A stretch of DNA of 63,514 nucleotides, filler included, from Octopus bimaculoides (GCF_001194135.2; 6 parts of 5 records of this genome joined end to end with filler, not necessarily neighbours in it), one strand, 5' to 3'; shown: positions 11,387 through 24,937, counted from the first letter of the whole stretch. Translations and numbers: made by a program. The notes: generated by a model not told the origin, from the letters alone.

Positions 11387-12060
11387 TCATTATTATCATT
11401 GTTATAATTAGTGTGTGTGTGTGTGTGTGTGTGTCTTTGAATCTGTGTTTGTCCTCTGCTCACTCCACCCCACCACTTGACAATTGGTGTTGGTTTGTTT
11501 AGGTGACTGTAACTGAGCAGTTTTGCAAAAGATATTAATAAAATAGGTACAAGACTTAAAGTAAGTACTGAGGTTCCCCAGAGGTGCCCCAGCATGGCTG
11601 CAGTCCAATGATTGAAACAAGTAAAAAAGAGTAAAAGAGATATATATTTTCATCATGTTGAACCATTAATCCCAACACATATTTTTCTCTCTCTGTTTAT
11701 TTTTTCCTCTCGTCCTTTCTGTTCAAGAGCATAAGCTCAAAACATCAAGCACTCTTCCGTTCTTACCGAGCATCAAACTAATACGTCTCCTTGTTATTCC
11801 TTTACTTGTCTTCATCTTTTGTTTTCTGTAAATTTGAACTATGTATGTATATATATATATGTAGAAGGTTGAAAAGGAACACATGAGATATATATAAGGA
11901 AAATAAGACGAGGTAGAAAATGCTAAAATAATTTTATCATGAAGAACATTTTAGAACTGGTTTCAGTCCTTGTGACTTTTCCAACTTAGAGTAAAGCATG
12001 AAAAACAATTAAATTGTGGAAAAATTCAATGAAATGTTTTTTTAAAAAAATATTTCCATA

Positions 12061-12349
12061 GGCGTAGGAGTGGCTGTGTGGTAAGTAGCTTGCTTACAAA
12101 CCACATGGTTCCAGGTTCAGTCCCACTGAGTGACACCTTGGGCAAGTGTCTTCTACTATAGCCTCGGGCTGACCAAAGCCTTGTGAGTGGATTTGGCAGA
12201 TGGAAACTGAAAGAAGCTTGTTATATATGTGTATATATATATATGTAGAAGGTTGAAAAGGAACACATGAGATATATATAAGGAAAATAAGACGAGGNNN
12301 NNNNNNNNNNNNNNNNNNNNNNNNNNNNNNNNNNNNNNNNNNNNNNNNN

Positions 12350-12388
<39 letters not shown>

Positions 12389-12596
12389 ATATGTTTGTGT
12401 GTCTGTGTTTGTCCCCCCAACATCGCTTGACAGCCGATGCTGGTGTATTTACGTCCCCGTAACTTAGCAGTTTGGCAAAAGAGACCGATAGAATAAGTAC
12501 TATGCTTATAAAGAATAAGTCCTGGGGGCGAGTTGCTCGACAAAAGGTGGTGCTCCAGTATGGCTACAGTCAAATGATTGAAACAAGTAAAAGAGT
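12061..12596 (+). mobile_element. Full-length tRNA-derived SINE family A with internal microsatellite (other copies ~11410-11640, 27800-27960, 31635-32210, 34170-34500, 39150-39410, 41400-41578, 42725-43010, 47705-48085, 52560-52960, 57300-57660)
   Basis: A-box-like TGGCTGTGTGGT and B-box-like GGTTCAGTCCC, a (TA)/(TG)n middle, and a 3' end ...cagtcaaatga.tgaaacaagtaaaagag. Boundaries are defined by the empty site at ~18460-18490. Confidence 0.85.
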
Positions 12597-13432
12597 ATAG
12601 TTTTCAAATGCAAGGGACATTTTCCTTTTTTCTGCCTGTCTCTGTCTCTCTTTTTTACTCTTGTGAGTTCTTGGTAGTTAGCAGCAGTTTGATCTAAACA
12701 GTTTGATTCAAATTCGTTGGTACTCTTGAGTTTCAAGCATTATGCTAGTTGTCAGCCATTTTGAATTTGAGTGACAGAAGTTTATTGTTGTTACTATAAG
12801 GTGGGCTGTGATTGGCTAAGGAAGGGCATGTGGTGTTGTTGTCTGATGTTGGTAACAGTTAGTTGGAAAATACCGCATGGTGAACAGGAAATTGACCACA
12901 TGGAGGACAGGAAGTAGACCACGGTGATTAGGAAATTGATGGGGTGGAAGAGCAGGAAGGGGTGGCATTTGCAAGTATATAGTTCTATATGTGAGTGTGC
13001 GGATGCGCTCATGTAGTATTGTGTGCATGTGTGTATTGATGCGAGCTTGTGCATCTGTACATGGGCAGTCATGCGCACATCTGCACTCACATATGCTTGG
13101 ATGAGCATGCATGCTTGCACATTCACATGCACACATAGATACACATGCATATTCATTCATATGTACATATGTATATTTGCATGCATGTACGCATGTATAT
13201 ATATATATATATATGAAGATTGTTTCATTTTGACAGATGATAGTTGTCCCAACAACACACAAACCACATCCCAGCACACAGCCCAATTTCTCTGTTGATG
13301 AGCCCTTAGATAACTTTTAAGACCAGCTGCTGACTGACAGGGCATAAAACACAACCGATAGACTTTATTCAAGTACTGATATTTTTATTATTTATTTAGT
13401 AAGATACGTTATTTGAATTCTTATTTTTTCCA

Positions 13433-13540
13433 GAGACCTGATGAGTGACTGTATTTTGAGTATAATATAATCCTGATCAATTTATTGTGAATTGTACTGG
13501 TTTTTCTACTATAATGTGACCACGAAACACGCGTAGCCAA
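13433..13540 (+). ncRNA. Degenerate hammerhead-like motif
   Basis: CTGATGA-GTG...(~80 nt)...CAC-GAAAC-ACGC-GTA; helix I is poorly paired. Confidence 0.35.
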
Positions 13541-13752
13541 CACTTTACCTTCTATTTTATCAATTTACTAAGTTGAATTAAATTTTTAGTCTAGTATTTT
13601 ATAGATTTTTATGGATTTTATACTTTTCTTTTAGATTTTATAGATTTTTAAATTAGTATTTTGTTGAGTACGCTTTTCTTGATGGTGACTGGTCTCCTTG
13701 ATTGTTTGAATCGTATATTGGTGGTTCTTCTCTAAATTAGATTATTAGATGT

Positions 13753-13792
<40 letters not shown>

Positions 13793-14702
13793 TTAAGTAT
13801 CCATCACAGCTGGTCTTACCAATCAGTTTCGCGCAAAAATATAACAGAGTGATTGGTAACAATCCAATTATATAACTACACTCATCAGAGGTAGCCTATA
13901 TGGAAAGAATATGATGGCTGCTTTCTATTCTCAGGGAAGGATTAGCATCACTGGTCAGCGGTGAAAAGTGATGAAATGAAAAATGGGCCAGGAGATTTGT
14001 CTAGGAGTTATGTCCCTTGGTTAGGTATGTTGTGAAGCCGGCAAGAGTTATCTTGAAGTGGAGAAACTTCAAGATAATATACCTACTCTACTAATAGTTA
14101 TATGAGTGCATCTTCTCCCTGACTTATGGTCCCTTAGACAACTCATGTATGTATATATATATATATATGTGTGTGGTTATATACCGTTGGTCACAATGTG
14201 CTTCCTGGCATTGTAGTGGCTTGCAAATGATGCCCCCCGACTGTCTTGGTGGGCAAGCCAACATTCCGTCTGAATGGAATCACAGGGTTACTCACTTCTG
14301 CCAGTTGAGTGCAGCATGAAATGAAGTGTTTTGCTTAAGAACATAATGCATTGTCCAGGAACTGAAACCACAATCTTATGCTTACGGGTTCAATGTCTTA
14401 ACTACTGAGCCACGCACCCCTCAAAAGCCCTTCCTGAGCTATAGACTCATAAAGCCAGCTTCCCAGATTCTGTGCAATATATATTCAACACCCGAACCAC
14501 TAAGCCACATGCCTTCTCACACACACACACACACACACACATACACACACACACATGCATGCATGCACACACACGCATGCATGCACGCACACACATGCAT
14601 GCACACACACACACATGCATGAACAATCAGCCATGGATATCCATTATCAAATCCCCACCACCACCATCCCCCTTCTGATATTTCTTTCTTCTTCCTCTTC
14701 AG

Positions 14703-14761
14703 TTCCAATGGACCTTGATGTGAACATGAAAGCCACTTTACTAGGGTCTGTCTTTCTCATT
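14703..14761 (+). CDS. PLSCR: PLSCR exon (C-terminal helix)
   Basis: ttcctcttcag| ... |gtaagt. (F)PMDLDVNMKATLLGSVFLI matches FPLDLDVKMKAVMIGACFLI. The phase-1 junction restores TTT (Phe). Confidence 0.95.
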
Positions 14762-15111
14762 GTAAGTAAGAGCTTCACAGTCTCTCTACCTTTCATCGCT
14801 ATATATGTGTGTAAACACACACACACACATACACACGCGTATATATGTATGTATATATTTACACTTGTTCATCTTTTCTGACATAGTGTATGTTTTGTAT
14901 ATTTTGTATATTTTGTATATTTTGGTCTGTATTGTTCAGCCTACAGCTAAACATACATACATGCATGCATGCATACATACATATATACACATACATACAC
15001 ATATACATACATACATACATACGTACAAACACAAGCACACACACACACATACACACACAAACAAATACACATATATCTTATATTAATGCTGTGTTTTTTT
15101 TATATTTGCAG

Positions 15112-15153
15112 GACTTCATGTATTACGAGTTGTTGAAGTCACCAACAACTTGA
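15112..15153 (+). CDS. PLSCR: PLSCR terminal coding exon
   Basis: atttgcag| DFMYYELLKSPTT then TGA; matches PLSCR DFMFFE. Confidence 0.92.
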   Translation, partial: DFMYYELLKSPTT

Positions 15154-15182
15154 AGACATCATCAAGTAACACAGCATTTGTT

Positions 15183-15230
<48 letters not shown>

Positions 15231-15417
15231 CATAAGAATAGCCTTCCTGTCCCACCTTCTCCACTTCCAACTGGTATAACTATTTTGCATAATTTATGTT
15301 TATTTATTTCAACAGAACTTGCAAATATTCATACGCAGATATGACGAATCAACATATATATATGTGTATAATTGTGTGTAAATATATATATATAAATATA
15401 TATATATAATACACACA

Positions 15418-16860
15418 GACATGACAGAAGTAAGTAGACTCCCTTATAATCATTAAAATTTATTTAAATCTGAAATTATACATTCAAATTATTTATTAAT
15501 TGTTATAATGTGAATATCTAATATTTAGTAGACATGGCCTTTGCATTTTTCAATGCAAGGACCCTATGAGGCATGTTACTGATCAGATGANNNNNNNNNN
15601 TCTCGTTCTCTATCCCTGTCTTATCTGCCTCGCTTTTTCCTCGTTTTTGTCTCTGTTTGTTTCGATATGTTCATATATCTGTGTAAACAGACACGACAGA
15701 AGTAAATAGACACCATTATATTTAAATCTGAAATTTTATATTCAAATTATTTATTAATTGTTATAATGTGAATATTTAATATTTAGTAGACATGACCATT
15801 GCATTTTTCAATGCAAGGACCCTATTAGGCATGCTCCTGATCAGATGACAAATATTCTCTTGAGGAATTTCTTACCAAGTTAATGCAGTAATCTCAAAAG
15901 ATCTGGGTTTGAGGATGATTTCTTGTTCTTTTTACGAAGTGTCCTGTCCATTATGACCCAGAGGCATTCAATAGGGTTCATATCTTGTGCTTGGCTTGGC
16001 CATGGAATCTTTTTAATGCCATTCTCTTCCAACCAATCTTGGGTCTTTTTAGCTGTGTGACAAGGAGCCCCATTTGCCATAAATAAAGAGTATTATTTAA
16101 TCATTTCACCACTGGAGAAGATTGGAAAGAATCCTTTCTGCAATATGGACATATATTTATCTGAGTTTATGTTTCCCTCACACTCCACCACCTCTGACCA
16201 ACCATTGCTCCAAATTGCTCCCCAGACCATCACAGAAAAGTAGCCGTGTTTCACTGCTGGCTGCAATATTTTCACATCCAATTCTTGATCACAGAGTCTC
16301 CAGAATTCCACATTCGACCACTATCAGGAAATACAGCAAATCTGAACTCACTGGAGAATGTGACAGTGTCCCAAAATGCTAGTGGCCTCTCCACCATTTC
16401 ACTGGTCCAATCTTTTCTCCGCTTGATTTTGGCTGGTCGAAGTGGCTTCCTTCTTCCCGCTCTGCCATAGCAACCAAGTTTGTGGAGATACCTGACAGCT
16501 GTTCTGAAACTGATACCAACTTGTTCTTCTATGTTAGAGGCCTGGCAACGAGGATTATCCTCCACACTTCTCTTAACAAAGCGAAGGGTCCTGTCAGAGG
16601 GCCCTGGTCGAGCTGGGTGAGGTGAAGTGGACTCTTTCTCTCATTGGTGAATTGCATAATCATTCTATTAACTGTAGAAAGCAGGATTCCAGGTTTTCTG
16701 CGATTTTACAATGACCAAGTCCACCTTCAGAATGACCCACAATATGGTCCCTTTGAAATTTGGACAGTTCCAAGGTTTCTTTTGTACATGGTATGATTAA
16801 ACAGTCACATATAGAATCTGAAACATAAAAATGTCAATTAATAAGAAATATAAACCTTTG
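15418..16860 (-). mobile_element. Tc1-like transposon remnants (3' end at 15418-15590 and a longer copy at ~15690-16860)
   Basis: GAPCHTAKKTQDWL...WPSQAQDMNPIECLW, VKHGYFSVMVWGAI and RRKPL... pieces, with frameshifts. Confidence 0.85.
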
Positions 16861-17367
16861 CAAGTTAAAATAAATANNNNNNNNNNTGCATATGTCAGTA
16901 TATGACTTTATGATTGTATGTCTGTCAACATGTAAACATGAACGTCCACATGTAAATGTGTGTGTATTTGTGTTTTCGTGTCTAAGTGTGTGCGTATATG
17001 TATATATGTAACCATACATATATTCCTATGTGCATGCGTGAGTGTGTGTATGTGTGTGTGCGTGCATGTATGTACATATGTACATACACATGTATACACA
17101 CACACACACACATACACACACACATATATATGTGTGTGTGTGTGTGTATGTGTGTATGTGAGTGTATGTATGTGCGTATATGTGTGCGTGTGCCCTTATG
17201 CGTTTGTGCCTGAGTGCGTGTTTCTGTGCATGTATGTATGCATATCTATATATGTACATGCATGCGTGAGTGTATGTGTGTATACGTCAGTATACGTGTG
17301 TGTGAGTATATATGTGCGTGTGAGCTTGTTCTAAGTGTGTCCAAGCTTGCATATATATATATATACA

Positions 17368-17411
<44 letters not shown>

Positions 17412-19761
17412 TATATATGTATGTATGTATGAATGTATTTATGCGAAGGTGTATGTATATGTGCATGCATGTACTGTGAGTATGTGTGTATGCATATATG
17501 CATTTAGACATATGCGAATGTATGCGATTATGAGCCTGCGTTAATCTGTGTATATAAATGAGACAAGACAGTTTGCTCAGAACGTTCCAAGTATTATATA
17601 TAGCCATTTATTGTTGTTGTAATCTATTTGACACATGATTCTCGGTCAGTTTTGGTTTACAGTAAAGCAATCCGCTAGGTGGTGTGTAGACTGTGTGTAT
17701 ATATATATAGAAGTCTGTGTATGTATTTTTGTGTGTATATATATACATGCATGCGTTGAATGTGTTGCGTTATACGTGAAATTGTATGCGAAAGTGCGTG
17801 CGTGTTGAAAGCTANNNNNNNNNNNNNNNNNNNNNNNNNNNNNNNNNNNNNNNNNNNNNNNNNNNNNNNNNNNNNNNNNNNNNNNNNNNNNNNNNNNNNN
17901 NNNNNNNNNNNNNNCATAAGTACCAAAATAAAATTTTGGATTTATGGAGGGTCAAAGTTGGGAATAAAAACAGGACAGTGGGGACATACAAAGAAACCGA
18001 ACGAAAACAAACCTGGTGGGGATCGTTAGACCAGAACGAGTGTAAAATAGCGAACGCTAGAGAAATATTTTCTTTGAAAAGAGAAAAGATAGAAGAGAGA
18101 GATAGAATACGTCCAGTCCTTAGGACAGTCCTGTAAGAAAAGAAAGATGATCACCTGGGGATAAGAAATATGGACGATGGTCATGTGTGAGCAACGAGAG
18201 AGAGAAAAAGGGAAAGAGGGGGAGAGAGAAACAGATAGAAAATGGTGAAGGGGAGAAAAAGCAAATTAGATAAAAGGATGGGAGAGAAAACTGTATAATA
18301 CATATGTATAAGGAAAATAAGACAAGGTAGAAAATGCTAAAGCAATTTTATCAAGAAGAACATTTTAGTACCGGTTTCAGTCTTTGCGACTTTTTCAACT
18401 TTGAGTAAAGCATGAAAAACAATTAAATTGTGGAAAAATTAAATGAAATGTTTTTGAAAAATATTTCCATAGTTTTCAAATACAAGGGACATTTTCCTTT
18501 TTTCTGTCCGTCTCTCTTTCTCTCTTTTACTCTTGAGAAAGCTTGGTAGTAGGTAGTAGCAGATCTAAAAGAATATTTGATATGAGGGATGTGAGTTCTT
18601 AGTTTTGATTGTTTAAACAGCAGTAGCCGAGGAATATATATATATATATANNNNNNNNNNNNNNNNNNNNNNNNNNNNNNNNNNNNNNNNNNNNNNNNNN
18701 NNNNNNNNNNNNNNNNNNNNNNNNNNNNNNNNNNNNNNNNNNNNNNNNNNNNNNNNNNNNNNNNNNNNNNNNNNNNNNNNNNNNNNNNNNNNNNNNNNNN
18801 NNNNNNNNNNNNNNNNNNNNNNNNNNNNNNNNNNNNNNNNNNNNNNNNNNNNNNNNNNNNNNNNNNNNNNNNNNNNNNNNNNNNNNNNNNNNNNNNNNNN
18901 NNNNNNNNNNNNNNNNNNNNNNNNNNNNNNNNNNNNNNNNNNNNNNNNNNNNNNNNNNNNNNNNNNNNNNNNNNNNNNNNNNNNNNNNNNNNNNNNNNNN
19001 NNNNNNNNNNNNNNNNNNNNNNNNNNNNNNNNNNNNNNNNNNNNNNNNNNNNNNNNNNNNNNNNNNNNNNNNNNNNNNNNNNNNNNNNNNNNNNNNNNNN
19101 NNNNNNNNNNNNNNNNNNNNNNNNNNNNNNNNNNNNNNNNNNNNNNNNNNNNNNNNNNNNNNNNNNNNNNNNNNNNNNNNNNNNNNNNNNNNNNNNNNNN
19201 NNNNNNNNNNNNNNNNNNNNNNNNNNNNNNNNNNNNNNNNNNNNNNNNNNNNNNNNNNNNNNNNNNNNNNNNNNNNNNNNNNNNNNNNNNNNNNNNNNNN
19301 NNNNNNNNNNNNNNNNNNNNNNNNNNNNNNNNNNNNNNNNNNNNNNNNNNNNNNNNNNNNNNNNNNNNNNNNNNNNNNNNNNNNNNNNNNNNNNNNNNNN
19401 NNNNNNNNNNNNNNNNNNNNNNNNNNNNNNNNNNNNNNNNNNNNNNNNNNNNNNNNNNNNNNNNNNNNNNNNNNNNNNNNNNNNNNNNNNNNNNNNNNNN
19501 NNNNNNNNNGGGGGGGGGGGGTCGCTGTCTTGTTAATGTTGCTGGTGTCGTCGTTGCTGGTTATTCTTTATTCACAAGGTCAGCAAACATACGATTCAAA
19601 GACGTTCCAAGTATGGCCCATCTCGCCTCATATTCAGACACAATATATCTAGGACCACGTTATCTAATATGCCTCTTCATTTTTTACAGTCTAAAAAGTT
19701 CTGATTGCATTTTTTTTTTTTTGGCATCATATTAAGAGCTGAAATGTATTTATTTACCTCT

Positions 19762-20010
19762 ACGTGGACTGTTCCTCGACATGGTACTTCTTTACAGTTA
19801 GACGGATTGTAGTTTCACTGTACCTCTACATGGTACCTATTTACAGATAAGTAAAATGCTCCTCCTTGGGATGCTTGTTTACGGCTAAGTAGACTGTTCC
19901 TCCTCATGGTACATATTTACACCTAAATAGACTGTTCTTGCATATGGTACCTATTCATAGCTAACGGCTAGCTAGACTATTCCTCCATATGTTACGTATT
20001 TACAACCAGG
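19762..20010. repeat. Degenerate ~37-bp tandem minisatellite (about 6 units)
   Basis: Repeating actgttcctc..catggtac.tatttaca..taa.tag units. Confidence 0.6.
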
Positions 20011-20698
20011 TACCCTATACCTCCACGTGCTACCTATCTAGAGAAGATAGATTGAAGCCTTTTTACAACCCCATACACTGTACGTTCGTCACTAGATTAA
20101 CCATTAAGAAAAATAAGCACATGTTTAGGACATCTAGGGAAGGCGGGGGCACCAGAGAAATAATAAATGGTTTATGGCACAAAAGAAATCACTTTCAACT
20201 TTAAACTTGTCAAAATAATATTCGGGATGCCTTATCTCTATTAAGTTGAGAAACAGATGTGTTAGGATTAATTTTAAGAATCTGACCAAAGACTTTGCAA
20301 TTAAAAGATGGAGGAGAAAACTTTTTAAATATAAATAAAGTGGAAGTATACAAAAATAAACATTATTTTCTATCTTTATGTTTAATTTTGTTTCATTTTG
20401 AAAAATAAAAACTCATTTTATGGTTTATTGTTTTTTTTATATTTTGAATTACATATATATTGGGGCACCAAAATCTTTTAAGTTCTAAGGGCCTCAATGG
20501 GTCTTAATTTGGCCCTGTGCACGTTCTATAGTTTTCTGATGCATATTTCATTGGTTCCGAAATGCAAGAATTTATGACAAAATGAACCTCAGTGAGGTTC
20601 TCAGCGATATTTTCTTTCCCTTTGACGTTTATTTTCATTTTATCAAGTGTTCAAAATGTTTTATAGCATACAATTTTATTATTACGGCGAACGTTGCG

Positions 20699-20743
<45 letters not shown>

Positions 20744-20844
20744 ATTGAATTAATCAGATGAAAGATATAGCGAATTGGCAGAATAAAAGATAAAAGACGT
20801 CGCAATACATACAAGAATATATAAATATATATGCCACAATATAC

Positions 20845-20894
<50 letters not shown>

Positions 20895-20957
20895 GTAGGT
20901 AGGTAGATAGGTAGGTAGGTAGGTAGGTAGGTAGGTAGGTAGGTAGGTAGGTAAGTT

Positions 20958-21030
<73 letters not shown>

Positions 21031-21096
21031 GCAAGCAGGCAGGCAGGCAGACAAATAGATAAACAGATGCTGATATCGTCAGCTCTTTGTTCTTAC

Positions 21097-21222
21097 CTCA
21101 CCATCATGGCTGACAACCGGTAAATGACGGAGCCCCATACTTCTGAACAGTTGGAACACTTGCGAGACGGGTGTGTTTGGGTAGACGGTGTAAGGACACG
21201 GGTTCATATAAGGTGAGACATC
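21097..21222 (-). CDS. CLCN6: CLC Cl-/H+ exchanger, ClC-6-like, CBS2 domain exon (near the C-terminus)
   Basis: Minus strand attttcag| ... |gtaaga, 126 nt, phase 0/0. DVSPYMNPCPYTVYPNTPVSQVFQLFRSMGLRHLPVVSHDGE is closer to ClC-6 DVTPYMNPSPFTVSPNTHVSQVFNLFRTMGLRHLPVV than to ClC-7. Confidence 0.9.
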
Positions 21223-21807
21223 CTGAAAATAGGAAGGTACGGTTTCAATTCCTCTCTGAAACATCAACTGTCTATATATGTGTTTGTGTATGTGTTCATG
21301 TATATACATATATGAGCAAAGGGTAAACACTCCCTTCAGTCATAAATGACCATTGAGTTGCACCTAGAACGTACCTTTCCGAGGCACAAATCCTGGCAAT
21401 GCTGTTTGTAGAAGATCAACAGTCGCCTATGCATACCAGCCTCCTCTCTCCACGCCACCGATGGTGTACACGAGAAAGGCAAAGGCTAATACACACACAC
21501 ACACATATATATATAAGCAAAAGTAGATATAAACAAATGAATAAAATAAATTAAAGTAAATTAAACGAACATGTATAAACAGGGGATACTGATAATGCAG
21601 GCACATTCCCACACAAACGCACTTACTATACATAGACATACACAAGGATATACGCATGCGCAAATAAAGACACATACAATAGGAATACAAAACGGTAGAT
21701 CGTTTGTAAGACGAGATACACAAAAAAGAAAGAAAGAAAAGTCCTGAAGCAAGTGAACACCATTTTCATTGGCTAAACTGGCCACATGACCATCCCCAAA
21801 TACAACA

Positions 21808-21863
<56 letters not shown>

Positions 21864-21916
21864 TTGTATGTGTGTGTGTATGTGTGTGTATGTGTGTGTG
21901 TATGTGTATATATATA

Positions 21917-22016
21917 NNNNNNNNNNNNNNNNNNNNNNNNNNNNNNNNNNNNNNNNNNNNTTAATTAATTAANNNNNNNNNNNNNNNNNNNNNNNNNNNN
22001 NNNNNNNNNNNNNNNN
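21917..22016. other. Assembly linker 44N-TTAATTAATTAA-44N (identical at 30865-30964, 39928-40027, 47428-47527, 61223-61322)
   Basis: All five occurrences are exactly 100 bp with the same six-frame-stop 12-mer. Confidence 0.97.
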
Positions 22017-22770
22017 GAGAGCCACTGTCACTAGCTACGCTGATGACACAAAACTATCTCAGGCAATAAAGAATCCTGATGATATCATAAGCCTGCAGAA
22101 TGACCTAAATGCAATATACAAGTGGGCAGAGCAAAATAATATGCAGTTCAATGCAAAAAAATTTCAAGTACTGCGCTACAAGGCCACAAGTGCCTCCCAA
22201 CTGGCATACACAGGACCTGGAGGTACTGCAATCCCAGAACCACAAACAGTAAGAGACCTGGGCATCAACATGTGTAGTGATGCATCATTTCACATGCACA
22301 TTGTCAAGTTGACAGCAAAGTGCAGACAACTGGCAGGGTGGATACTGAGGACATTCCAAACAAGGGATCAAACAATCATGTTGACCCTATGGAAGACTTT
22401 TGTTCTGAGCCACCTAGACTATTACTCTCAGTTGTGGTCACCACACAGTGTCAAGCAGACAGCAGAACTTGAGGCAATTCAGCGTCACTATACAAAAAAG
22501 ATCGCCACAGTCCAAGAGATGAACTACAGGGAGTGACTGAAGGCACTAGGTCTCTACTCCCTAGAGCGCAGGCAGGAAATATGTAATAATATACATATGG
22601 AAAATACTGGAAGGACTGGTACCAAACTTTGGCATCAAGTACTACATGAATGCCCGCACAGGTCGCCACAGCATGGTACCAAGGGTACCGTCCACTGCAT
22701 CTCACATAAGAACAAGGTACTGCAACAGCCTCGGTTTCAGAGGACCTCAGCTCTTTAATGCCCTGCAATA
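22017..22770 (+). mobile_element. CR1/Jockey-group LINE RT 3' fragment (related minus-strand 3' piece at ~47020-47395)
   Basis: ATVTSYADDTKLSQ...LQNDLNAIYKWAEQNNMQFNAKKFQVL...SHLDYYSQLWSP; an internal stop is present. Confidence 0.85.
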
Positions 22771-23638
22771 GTAGTTGAGTGCGCAGTAGAAAATATTAAG
22801 ATAAAACTTACTTGGAGGTAATGCGTGGCATTCGATCATACAATAACATAAATAATATATAATTATATGCATATATCCATACATATATGTACATACCGAC
22901 ATCTATAAGTATACATACAAGCATATATGGGTACAGGACATCACAAAAAAACGTTAAACACAATGAGAAATGAAAACATAAAGACAAAGACAGAAAACGA
23001 CCTTTTTTTCGAACAACGAAAAAACAGGCTTCTTCCAGTTTCCATCAACCAAATCCACTCACAAGGCTTTGGTTGGCTTGAGGCTATAGTAGAAGATTTT
23101 TGATTTTTGATATGTTTGATTTTTGATACGTACTACTGAAATAGTGGAAGAGATAAGAGATTGCTCCAGGCTCACATTATACAAGAAGTTAAAAATTTCT
23201 TTGGCCGGTGATACTGCATGGACCCTAAGTAAGGCATGTGTAAAACTTGAATGAAATCAGCTGGGTAGTTCTCAAGTTTTAGTCATGCACACATATAGAC
23301 AGACAGACACACACACATTCTCAGTTTTATATATATGTATAGAGAGAGAGAGAGAGAGACACGCACACCCATAACAACTGCACATAAATATTCATACAGT
23401 TACTAATGTACGCAGATATAGATATATACATATATAAGTATACAAGAATATATATCAGTACATCTATGCAAGTACAAATATACACAGACATATAGAAGGA
23501 TACATATACACACCTACTAATATAGGATAAAACATGAATCTAAATAAATCAATTAAAAAGATTAGAAATAATAAATATTTTGTAAGAATAATTATTATTG
23601 AAACTATGCAGACATATACACACATACACATATATATG

Positions 23639-24060
23639 TGTAGGAAAGTAGTTATACACCATTAGGTGTACACCGCTTCCGTACATTAAATTTCTAGAAG
23701 AAACAACGGAACGCAGATTCTGAACAACATAACAATATTTATTTACAGTGGAATTCAGTTCACGCTTGGAGGGAATTCGGTAGCTAGTCGCCCTCGGTTA
23801 TTGAGACGCCTTCTGAATGATTTCCGTGGTTATTTGTGAAGCTCTGGTGCTGACATGTAAGAGAGATCTGTTGGACGTCTTGGCTCGACGGAGATCAGTC
23901 AACGAAGAGACTGAGAAAAGGCGCCAAAGCTGGGTGTCGAACTCTACGCATGCGCATGAGACTCTTCCTGTATTCCTTCCGGAACTAGTCCCTGCACATG
24001 CGTGGATAAAACTCCAGACATTGAACATATAACAGTCGTCTGCTATAAGCTGTCACTACA
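23639..24060 (-). mobile_element. Solo LTR (422 bp) with 4-bp target-site duplication
   Basis: Begins TGTAG and ends CTACA, flanked by TATG on both sides, with AATAAA on the minus strand near 23740. No internal coding region. Confidence 0.8.
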
Positions 24061-24906
24061 TATGTGTCAAATGGAAAATCCTCTTGAAACCTAGATCATA
24101 TATTAACTGGTCCAAAAAATGTCCAGTGTGTTCTCTTGAAAACTTGTGTCTCTTAAAAACCTGAGAGCCTCTAACAAAGATGTACATTTGAGGAATGAGA
24201 CTTTTTCTGCCTGCCCACATTTCAAGAAATAGATCTTGTCAGAATTTAAAAGTAGACCACCAAACACTGAGTAAACTAGGGGTGTAGAAACGTTTTAGTG
24301 CAGCAGGCAAAAATTTCCAAAGAAAAAGGTCCTTGGGCAGATCACAAGTTCTAACTCTTGTATCTGTGTAAATCTTGTATATATCTAATGTATAATTTTA
24401 TATGCATTAAGAAAGATAAGTTTAACACATTAAATTAATGCATAACATCTTCATTAATGCCACCACTGAATTTAGGACATTTATATTATTATGAGGTATT
24501 CTATATTTTTCAGCTAGTGTAGTTGAATCTCAAGTGGGTGGTACAAACTTAGCAATAAGTGTTTTATAGTGAATGCAAAATTTCCATTCAAATGGCAATT
24601 ACTCAAGGATTTTCTGTTTGAGTCTAACTGTTTCAAGTTGTAGTGGAAACACACCTATGTTGAAAATAGGCATACAAATATTGTATAACTTTTATAATTG
24701 AAATATTTACTATATTTTGTACATACAAGTATATCAGCCAGTGGGCGCAATAAAATTGGCAGGGTTCCCCACTCCTGGAATAAACCATTAACATTTGGTT
24801 TGCGTCTGCTTCACATCCAATAATTGTAATATTGGTTATCTCCCTTGTGATTTTCTTCTTGTCTTCTTTACCAGTGTCTCTTGTATATGTATGTATGTGT
24901 ATATAC

Positions 24907-24937
<31 letters not shown>

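Noticed and set aside
12061-12140. tRNA genes suggested by A-box/B-box motifs (also ~35740-35810 and 44480-44551)
   Set aside because: No complete cloverleaf, and the motifs continue into multi-copy SINE bodies.
12245-12297. Duplication of 11860-11913 inside SINE A
   Set aside because: It begins at a (TA)n run and ends at a gap, so it is likely a local misassembly through the microsatellite.
17600-17692. Minus-strand frame as the terminal CLCN6 exon
   Set aside because: It lacks the expected GIITRHNL-like motif and has no polypyrimidine acceptor.
21961-21972. TTAATTAATTAA as a biological motif (PacI-like or homeodomain site)
   Set aside because: It is always embedded in exactly 44+44 N and is a synthetic six-frame stop.
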